A DNA stretch of 64,000 nucleotides from Psilocybe cubensis. Lineage: Eukaryota. The position numbers were made by a program, and so were the translations under genes. The notes below the pieces were generated by a model. That model was not told where the DNA came from. It ran no database searches and saw only the letters and a list, made by a program, of their open reading frames with translations. The stretch covers positions 620,001 through 684,000 of the forward strand of contig CM039002.1 of NCBI GenBank assembly GCA_017499595.2, given 5' to 3'. Below are positions 36,739 to 46,600 of the stretch, in pieces. Within the stretch, counting starts at the first letter, position 1. Each line of letters starts with the position of its first letter.

Positions 36739-39026
36739 CTAATCGACTCTGGGTGTATCTGGCTTGAGTAAAAAATCCCTTGGGATTTCATGTGGATTTT
36801 TCCCTTTTTTCTCCAAATCCTTAATGATGTTTCGATTTCGCCTCTTGATTAACTCGTCCAAAAAGAATTCATATCTGTCGGCCTGCATCTCACGAACAAT
36901 GGCTTGATACCCTCCTAGCCAAGCGTTGGCTTGTTCTGCTGCAGATGAGTTAAAACGCCACTTCCCATCAGGCGTCATAAGCTCGGGCCATTTTGCTGGG
37001 TTACAATTGGCATTACATTTGTCGTCTTGAGCTTTATGTTTACACTTGAAATGGAATACGTCAACGGGTAATGCTGAGTGGGAAAAGTACGTGTCTTTCT
37101 CCTTTTCAAGCATTAACATAATTCGACAGTTATTGTCGTGCCAAAGAACTCCTGGAAGAGACTTTTGGGTAGGAAACAAAGTCTTCCAAAATGTCTGAAA
37201 ATTAAATAAGCAACAATTCTCTAGAAGCAAGAAAAATGACGCACCCGTACTCCGTTTGGGGCCTCTGAACCATAGAATGTTGCTCGTCCAAGAATTACAC
37301 CACACGATGCCACACACAGCTCTTCATTATGAGTGCGTCGCCTTCCAAACCGAGCTCGCAATGTTTGATTACCCTTCTCTGACTTCTCGTCACAGACACC
37401 ATTGGCGTCAATCAAAACCTCTTCATCGCCAAATATGGTTGACTGGCCATCATCAGTGGAAAAGGCATCAGTGGGCTGTGAGGTTTTGAGACGGGCAAGC
37501 CGAAGTTTTAATTGAAACATTGCTTTATTGTGGATATCGTTGTATGCTTCAAGAGCTCGGTGATCCTTCAGACTGCACGTTTGATAGCCCTCATCAATGG
37601 GAGCTGAGCAGCTAGTAACCGCACAGATAAGGTTCTGATCTTTATGTGTAGGGCAGAACCGATGTTTGACGGAATCCAAAGGAATATCGCAGTCATGAAT
37701 AGAGCAGGTAGGCCGTCCAATAGTTATGCCATCAGTAACCACAGAACGAAGGAAAGCTAGAATCAAGCATGAGTTATATATCACTAGAATCATAAATTTT
37801 CAAAATTTACTCTGTGTTCCATCGGGCAAATCATTATACCAGCAGCATAAATCACATACATGGTTCCAAGCTTCCTGACCAGTCCCTGCCATCCAAAGGT
37901 TCCGTCTCTTTAAGGCTTTTCTGAGGCGGATGGCTTGACTAGGCGCTACATGGTCAATTTGTAAGACCTCATCTTCTTCTTCCGAGTCTTCAAGAAGCCA
38001 GAAGAGACTAAGACCATTCCATACGTCATTGTGTTCTAGCACCATGCTTTTGGAATATGCTGCAGGAAGAGAGGATGACAGGGACTTTGAAGCTATTGCT
38101 TCATTATAGATGCGGGCACAATTTGAAGCAGAAGTCCTGTACACTCCAAGTTAATGGAAGAAATTCACAACAAAAGAAAGAAGCTACCAAGACGTCAACA
38201 TCATTGTCGTAAACAATTCCAACGTGGCAATGTCCATAAAAATTCCTTCTGTAACATGCAGAAAGGTGCGATGTATACGGTAAAATGTCCGAGTGGATTG
38301 TGCTCTATCTACCCAGTAGTTAGGGTAGTATCGAGTTTGGCATCCTGCGTTTATTATTGTTAGAAGGGGGAGTTTCAACAAAATAACAATACTAAACACA
38401 TACCCGAACAAAACATTGAAGTAGAAATACCCGGGATGGGTCCAAATGATTGTGTAAAAACAGTAACAGAACGGCTATGTGCTTCTTTCAGTGGACGTCG
38501 ATGGAGCTCATCCTTTTTAGAAGTCTTGGGCTTGATAACACATCGTGGATCAAGGCAATGACGAACAGGAGGCATTAGATGATAAAAGGCTCCGATTTTA
38601 GAATTAGTAGTGGTTTTAGCTTGATATATATGCTAACTCACCTATGCCATTCTGTCTTCCATAGTCAAGAAAGCATTGAATATGACGTTGACCAAAGGAA
38701 TGAACACAGCTTTCATCAACCCTAAAATTCCACGCAATATTGGCCATTGCACGCCAAATAATCTTCATAGCCTCATGATCGACACTTAAAGATTGTGCGA
38801 GAAAAGTGTGTACGTTCAGACGCAACCGTGCTGGACATTTGTCTTCACCCGCATCAGATTCTGCTAGTCCTGGTTGTTGTGACAGACAGATTGTTGGCTT
38901 TAGGAGTTGGATAAGTTCAATGAACTTCAAACATCCTTCAAAGTCCAAATATTTGGCAATACTAGCTTGGATTTGAAGGATTGATTGGAGAGTAGATGAA
39001 GAATATGCACTAGATGAAGAGGACAT
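36739..39026 (-). CDS. KDZ-superfamily-like transposase with CxC5- and CxC6-like Cys clusters (~6 exons)
   Basis: PPVRHCLDPRC...SMFCS/GCQTRYYPNYWV (CxC5-like); HVCDLC; VVTDGITIGRPTCSIHDC..RFCPTH..CAVTSC..TC..H (CxC6-like insert); RRRTHNEELCVASCGVILGRATFYGSE; WHDNNC; VDVFHFKCKH; CNP; FNSSAAEQANAWL. Exons join by GT-AG introns without evident stops. Family assignment is from motif memory, not a search. Confidence 0.85.
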
Positions 39027-39358
39027 AATGGTTGCAAGGTTAGAAGTTGTTCAACGATGTAATTGTATTAGCATTTTACATCTATTGTCTACTAAAACAG
39101 CTACAATAAATACTACCTAAACGGGCCTTGTCTATGGAAGTAGCACACCGCAGGAGTAACTGGTGGAAAAGGCGGAAAAATACAGGAGAGGCGGGGTGCC
39201 ATTAAAATATTAACCAGTGGCACTTAGCATTCTCATGGCCAGGTCGGGGGCGGGGGGCGGAGGGCGGTAATGTGTCGGGGAAGGCCACTGATCGCTGTAG
39301 AGCAGAGTGAGCACGGCTGTCACTCACCCAAGTCACACAGGCCCACCCAAAGGCCTAT

Positions 39359-39404
39359 GAGTCCGGCGGACAGTCCGGCGGACAGTCTGGCGGACAGTCC
39401 GCGC
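39359..39404. repeat. right subterminal repeat array (12-bp period, core CGGACAGTCYG)
   Basis: GAGTCCGGCGGACAGTCCGGCGGACAGTCTGGCGGACAGTCCGCGC, whose outer edge is base 28 counted from the right end. Confidence 0.9.
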
Positions 39405-39431
39405 CATTTTTTTTCGCAAACCACCTGTCCT

Positions 39432-39440
39432 CGAGTAGTG
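39432..39440. repeat. target site duplication, right copy (CGAGTAGTG)
   Basis: Identical to 31146-31154. Confidence 0.95.
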
Positions 39441-40179
39441 GGAGTGTCGGAGGGCCAGGTGGTAGGCTTTTGTCGCGTCTGCCTATCTTTAGAAGCTTGA
39501 TTAAGGCCCACACAGCGCTGCATGCGAATAGTGTGTAGAATTTAAGGTTCATTTTGGAAGGTACGGATTCGAGATAGTCTGTGTGGTGGAAACCGAAGCA
39601 ACAGTAGAAGAATAAAAGGCCGAGAAGAAGTCACTTTATAACACTAGGAGTTTCTCAGGGACCGTGGAGTTCGAACAGTGCAACAGAACTTCGAAGTATC
39701 CATATTGGGAGGGAACAGAATCCAATCTGGGAATGGCGTTTCAATCAGATAGGGTCACCTTTCAATTGTCATTCAAAATGAAATTTCAAAAAACGAAAAA
39801 ACGAGGCCCATTTAGTCATGGTATTTGGGCGGAGATCATACTGCTAGTTTGAATTTTGAGGTTGGTCGCAAACTCTCAGCCACTGTGAAGAAAAAAACTG
39901 AGCCAAACGAAATCTGTGTCATGATTGTAGTCAGAGGACAATACTCAACTATCTGGGTTCTTGTATGATTCAGTGACAACGTGGATGTAGTTGGCTCTCA
40001 GGTACTAATCACGGTAGAGATGCTCGGAGATCTCCAGCGGTGAATGAATTTGGATTCAAAAGCCGTGATTACCCGGCATACGCCGTGTGCACATAAGTTT
40101 TAACTCTCTTGTTCTTCAACAGTTGTTAGTAAAGATGTACTCTGTATACACTACCGCTTCTGATATAACAGAGGTCTCG

Positions 40180-42424
40180 CTAAGTAGTGGATACAAGCGT
40201 ACTATATGCATCTTCAATTATATCCACCCTAAATTTATCCCTGGGAGTAATCCTGCACTTAAATGGTTTAGGCGATAAACTGATCCCCTTTGATAAGATA
40301 TTTAGATAGGATATAGATATGCAGCATAAAATCCGCTCACATCATTGTATTCATCCTGTATGCCCATCTGCTTTTGTGCCGAATCACCATCAGTCGGAGA
40401 AAAATTAAATGCCCAAAGAAGACGCATCACGGCAAGATTCTTATTATCATAATGAAATCAGTCAACGATAATTTTTGAGAAATACTAGGTAAGTACTCGT
40501 ACAATGTTCGAGTTCGCGAGGTGAATCCCGGGGCATATGCGCTAGTAAAATCAACAGACAATTGAGCACAGGTGCGTTGTGATGTGGTTCGATAACGAGG
40601 AGTATACCTTGCCACTTCCAAATACAAAATTTGGGCGGGTAGTATAGCCTTTTTTAAGGCCTGGTTTTGTTCCGTCGGGGGCCAGTAGAAATCTCTCTGG
40701 CCAGAAGTCATCCGGCCGTTCGAAAAGATTTAACTATAATCTAAGTGCCAAGTATGCGTGTCAGCATATGTCAGGATATTACTTACCTGGATCATGCATT
40801 ATACCCCCTTCAGTCGGTGTATAAGTATTTCAGAAAGGCCTAATTTTTGCACGAACAACCCACATGTGTTGATAATGATTGGAGCTCCTTTTGGGATGAT
40901 GTACCCTCGATACTTATGGAGCCAAAATAGATTGGTGGAAAGACATATTAGAGCTCACTTTACAGTCTTGGGACGCTGTATGAGGTGCGCCGGACGGTAC
41001 GGCAGGCCTACTGCGATGAATCTAAAAAATAAATTGAAATCACTCCCTTGCGAGCAACAAAAGGAGCATCATATTAAACAAACTTCATTGATTATTGCTT
41101 GGACGTACGGTAGGTTTTCTATATCGCGGGGCTTTGGAAGCCTTTCTTGACCAACAACACTGTCAATTTCCTCTTGCGCCTTTTTTACCGAAGCAGGAGA
41201 TTTGAGCAGGGAAATAATCAACGACTGCATGAGGGACGCGGAGGTTTCAGTGCCTCCATCCATCATGACTCCCCCAATGTACCTATACGTTCAATAAGCA
41301 TCAGTCATGCGGAAAAAGTAGGTACAGGTCAGAGGTCAAGCACGTACGCAATCATCTCCCGACTCAGACCAAGTTCTGACTGCTTTGCTAAAATATTTTC
41401 AACAATCGATCCATCTCCTAGTCCAGCGTTGTAGTTCTTCTCTGATAATGCAAGTAGAGAGAAGAATAATTTTCGCTGAAGTATCCGCGTCTTCTTCCAG
41501 AGCTTCTTCCATGGTGCAAATGCCTCTGGAATATATTTTAGAATGGGTATCAAGTCGACGGGAGCAGCATCGGGGGCTACCATCCTCCCAAAATGACGGA
41601 AGTAGTTGGAGAAGTCAGAAACGTTGGGTGAATCACATCCTGCTTCGGGCTTTCCAAAGATCACTGATGTTACCAAAGCGAAGTTAAATCGAGTTATATG
41701 GGTGTATATGTCCTATACATTTATATCAGCATGCCGCAGCGCACAAAGAACAACAATAAATATATTTCAGGTTGGTGTAGAATGTCAAACAACAACCGTG
41801 TCGACTCGATCTCTGCCGCAGGATGATGTATATGAACGGCTTGAGGCGACACCAGTGGCTGCATCGCCTTGCGTCCAAATTTCCAAATGTGAGCATCTGC
41901 AACCAAGGCAATTATGAGTATATCATTCGGCAGGGATCAAAAAAGAAGAGAGTTTCGACCAGAATTAACAAGAGCAAAATAGTTGCCTTCAGTTATGGCG
42001 TTTAACGAATGCAGAACAGGCCGGTTGGACGTTTCATTTGCCCGGTCTTCTAGCAGCTCCTTCACAATTGTTACATCTGACAGTACAATCATCGTTTCGT
42101 TTGCTACTTTCACCTGAGGCGCCAACGTCAGCAAAAGGCATAGAACCATCATCAAGGAGAAAATACCGAGAAAATGCCACCGTATTCCTTGGACCATTCT
42201 GTGAGTCTGGAATATTGTCTGTAGTCAGTGGTGAATGGCTAGTATCAGCAAGATGAGCCAAACTTGAGAAAAAGAAATCGATAAGGGAGCAAGTGAATAT
42301 TTCCAAGAATTGGGATGGTCGGTGGGCCAGGTGGTAGGCTCTTGTCTCGCCTGCCCATCAGAAGAAGCTTCAGCGCAATCCACACAGCGCCGGAGGCAAA
42401 TAACAAGGAGATTTTTTGGTACAT
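40180..42424 (-). pseudogene. cytochrome P450 (P450-C), probable pseudogene with two splice-site substitutions
   Basis: Full motif set present ([39 protein letters not shown]). The donor after ..HQPE reads AT instead of GT (41765) and the acceptor before LFERP reads AA instead of AG (40730), where both paralogs have canonical sites. Confidence 0.75.
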
Positions 42425-43665
42425 TTTGAGGGAATATATTTTGGTCCAAAGGCGTTTTATAGCGGGTCTATCATACTATCGAAGTCCGGCAGCAAAAAAA
42501 TGGCATACCATGAATGAGGTAGAGGCATATATCGGTGGCATCTGCATACCGATTCTGCGATGAGGCCAATGAGTACCGAATAAGTGTAATATTAAAGTAC
42601 AGCATGAGGGAGAGGTTGTTGCCTTGTATCTCGCTTGCCTACTCAAATTATGTACGTTCCATGAACACCGATGCATGTCGGCCCCGAAAGCTGTATTGCC
42701 CGACAGCTGTATTGGACGTGGTTTGGGACAGCATTTGTGAAAAAACCCGGCACAAACGTGGTACTGAACTGTGGAATTCAAAAGGTTGAAAGGAACAAAA
42801 ACACTGAAGTACTGACCACTTGTAGTACAACGTAAACGTTTATCTCATCTCGTCGTTACCTTTCCCGAGCCCATTCCCCCGGCACTTTGCACGGCCTGTT
42901 CCTGTCGTCCGCAAAATGCAGAACATATCTACACCTATCAGAATCAGTCATTGAAAAAATAGTATCATTCAAACCAATATAAATACATAAATCCCAAATA
43001 CATAATAAGTAATACATAGTAAGGAAACAAATCGAGGGTCCTCAATTGGCAATGTTCTAGAATGTCTGAGCTATTTAATATCAAGTTCCAAGTTCATGTT
43101 CCAAGCCAAACCAGATATCATGAAGTGTCCATGGGATTGCAAGATAGCCTTTTAGAGTTGCGTTGAGATTTGGATTGAGATTAATAAAATAAAAAAGAGG
43201 AGGAGAAAGAGAGAGAGGAAAAGAGAGGAAAATGGTACGTAGGATAGAAAGAGGAGCATTTCAAGTTCGAGGAGGCAGTGACCGACAAACAGAGTAGTAC
43301 TTAATTAATAGCAAGTAAACCGACAGACAGAAAACACGGAGACAAAAGGAAGAAAGAGAAACGGGGGAGAGCATCAAGCCTTTAGCAAAAGAATGTACAC
43401 AATAAATCCGATGCAGCGAAAAAAGGAGGTTTATGTGTGGTGGTGTGTGTTCGTTTCGTCGGGTCACAGCAAGGTGAAGAATCGTGAATTCATAGATAAA
43501 AAGAAGGAAGATGGAAGCAAGATGAGTGGGGGAAAAATATGTGAACAGTAAGAAAATGGCAACAAAAAAGGAGCGTGTCCCATCATATCTCGTTCAAAAA
43601 CAAGAAAGCCGGAGAAAAGGGAAAAGATACGAAAAGCGAAAACATAAAGGAAGAAAAGGTTGGTG

Positions 43666-46600
43666 TCATAGAGCAACGCCAGCTGCACCCCACTCGCCAT
43701 CGTCCATCTCGACCGTCTGTCTCCTGCGAACAACCTGTCTACCACTCCTCGTCGTCACCACCGTGGGCTGTTGCTGCTTGGGTTCTTCATACTCCTCCGG
43801 GTCCTCCATTTCCATCCCAATCCCCATCTCACTTCCCGTTAAATTCAACCCAAGCCCCAAATCCTGCTGGCCTGCCCCAGGACCACCAGCACCGCCCTCA
43901 CGACCTCTTTCTACAACCCTAGCACACTCGGCCCCAGCCTCGCTGCGCAAGTGCCTGTTCAGCGCATCCATCCTCGCAAATTGTTTCCGACACCCATCGC
44001 ACTCAAACGGCCTGAAATTGCTATGCAGCTGCTCATGCCTCTTGCAATCGTGCTGCCTCGCAAATCCCTTGCCACAGCCCGGCCAATGGCACTTGTACGG
44101 CTTCTGCTCATAGTGCGAGCGCAGGTGGCCCTTGAGGTTGAACCCCCGCGTGAACGTCGAGTTGCACCCAGGCACCGTGCACGCAAAATTCGCGTCCTGC
44201 TTGCGCCGCCGGATCGACGCGTTCGCCGTCCGCCCCGTCGTCACATTCTGCTTCGCAATTGGGTTGCCTTGCGCGTCTGTTGCCCCCACGCTCGCCTGGC
44301 TGCCTGCCCGCCGTCGCCCACTGCTAGGTCCTACATCGCCACCGCCATTCGACGACGCCCCATCGTTGATGTCTCGGTATGCCCCGCGCCCGGCGATTGG
44401 AACCTCCTCGCTGAACCCGCCGCTAACAGGCGGCTCGCCAATTTCAGGGCCTGCCAGTCCGAGATTATGTACGGCATGCTGCGAGTGCGCACCGCCGAGC
44501 GTCAACCCACCGCCTCCACCCAGCCCCAACCCCAGCCCAAGACCCATTCCCATCCCACCACCTCCATACCCACCTCCACCACCACCCCCATACCCATCAT
44601 CCTCCACCAGCTCCTCATACCTCACCCGCGGACTCGCGTTCGGGCTAGGATACGGGCTGACTCTACGGTTCGCCGTCAGATGCCCAGACGGCGACACACT
44701 CAAGCCCTGCAGCCCATCCCCACCCAAACCGAGACTGCTCCCACTCCCACCACCCACACTCGAGGACCCGGCTCCGACGCTCGCATGGCGCGAGTGTCCC
44801 CCATGCGCGAACGACTGACTCCCCCACACTTCCGCGCCACGATCCGACCGGCTGCCGCTGCTCGCGCGGCGGAAGTGGCCGACATGCACATTGGGCGGAG
44901 GTGGCAGACCCAGGCTGTTGCCACTGCTGCTCCCGGCAGCACCACCCCCGAGAGACAACGAGCTGCTGTGACTGTGTCCTGAAGGCGACAGCGAGCGACG
45001 TGCGGGCGGTAGATTCGGGTGTAGGAACTGCTGGCTCTGACTCTGACTCTGCCCCTGCAACGCCGCCTGCTGCATCGAATGCAACTGCGCCTGCTGCTGC
45101 TGCATATGCATCTGCTGCTGACTCTGTGAGAAATCCGGATATATACCGCTCATTGAGCTTGTGTGTGCATGCTGCCCTCCTTGTCCTTGAGCCACACCTC
45201 CTCCCTGATACACACCGACCCCAATCGTAGGCACATTCAGCCTCACATCCTCCGACCTCGACACTCTATGCCCGCCTCTGCCAATACCCAAGCTCAGAGA
45301 GTCCGACACAGCGCGCCGGATTGGGTCCGCAGGCAACAAAAAGTTGTTGTTGTTATTGTTGGTCATGCCCACGCCCATTGTTACGTTGGAGCCAGGATTA
45401 AGGTTCGGAGGGGAAGGCGAAGATGTCTTCGTACCGGATGGAGAGGACGAGGACGAGGCGCCCATGGCGCTGGTGTTGTTGATCGTAGGCGATGCATTCG
45501 TGTTGGGGTTCGGGCTGCCTCCTCTCGACGCAGACGCGCCACCAAAGCTGAACGATTGCATCTGTTGTGCCTGCTGGGCAGCCTGCATCTGCATTTGCAT
45601 CTGCAACTGGGCATGCGCCTGCTGAGCCTGCAGTTGCTGCTGCTGCTGCTGGGCTTGCAACTGCGCCTGAGCTCGCATCTGTTGCTGGCGCGCAATCGCC
45701 TGCTGCTGCTGCTGATACTCGTACGAGCCCCACGTGTCCGAGTTACTCCGCTGCCTACCGCCCATACCCAACCCCAAACCGAGCCCAAGGCCGAGAGTTT
45801 GCGACTGTCCCGCCTGCGCTTGCCCAGATAAATTGTAGCTCATATTCTCCGGGAACACAAAGCCTCCACTTGCACTCCCTCCTGTACTTCCTCCAGCACC
45901 CGTGGACGCCGACGACGGCGCACCACCGCTCGAAAGCCCCGCACTTCCCAAGTCATTGCCAACATTTGGCAGTGGAACTGGCAGCGGCAAAGGCGATGGT
46001 ACAGGGCTCGTGCCATGACCCGCCCGGGTGGGACCAGCATACGGTGATGCATGGCGCGACGCGGGCTGCGATCGTGCTTGCTGGTGTTGTTGTTGCGGGG
46101 ACAGGCTGGTTTGTTGTTGTTGGGAGAATGACTGCTGCAGCGGCGGCGATAGGGACTGTTGGTGCTGGTAGAGGTCGTTGTTGTCATTATTGCCGTTGTT
46201 GCTGTTGCTGCCAGCATACTCCTCGGCGCCTGAACGGTACACACCCAAGTGTCAACAAAAGATGACGATGCCAAAAAAAGCGAAAGCGGTAACGATAGTG
46301 ATGAAGATGATGAGACGCCCCCAATTAGATGTAAAGGAGGGATAGCGAGGGAGACCAACACGATGATGCGACGACAATAACGGATGAGCGTCAGAAAAGC
46401 GACAAACCATCATAAACAATGCCATGTTGATGGCGACGATGTAGAGGTAGTACGTACGATGTTGCCGTAGTCGCCGTCAGTCGTTGTTGTTTGGAATGGT
46501 TGAGGTTGTATAATAGTGGCGATCCATGACGATATGATGCGATAGGTGACAGACAAAAAAAGAAATGAAAGGAAAGATTCAAGTACAGGGGATACATGTC

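Larger units (their letters stand above)
31155..39431. mobile_element. 8,277-bp KDZ-like (CxC5/CxC6, Kyakuja-type) DNA transposon with accessory gene and captured cargo
   Basis: Flanked by the perfect 9-bp direct repeat CGAGTAGTG (31146-31154 and 39432-39440) inside P450-B exon 1. It has subterminal CGGACAGTCCG arrays at both ends and encodes a transposase-like protein. Confidence 0.93.
29032..39552 (-). pseudogene. cytochrome P450 (P450-B) interrupted in exon 1 by an 8.3-kb transposon
   Basis: The 5' part MNLKFYTLF...LPPGPPTLPLL (39552-39432) rejoins GNIHMIPSKFAFLK (from 31145 down) when the insert and one TSD copy are removed. Downstream exons show DGGTETS, KE/VFR, PERY and FGCGK/RICPG with no lesion that I could see. 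Confidence 0.92.

Noticed and set aside
39359-39404. Short repeats as a CRISPR array or plain minisatellite
   Set aside because: Eukaryotic context, no spacers, and a symmetric position at both transposon ends explains them.
31155-39431. Alternative classification as LTR retrotransposon, Helitron, Starship or TET/JBP-bearing element
   Set aside because: No RT, integrase, Rep-helicase, tyrosine recombinase or 2OG-Fe dioxygenase motifs were seen, and there are no LTRs.
43526-46361. Many long overlapping ORFs (43951-44982, 44132-44818, 45163-45831, 45567-46265 and others)
   Set aside because: Shadow frames of the GC-rich, low-complexity Crz1 exon; no independent motifs.
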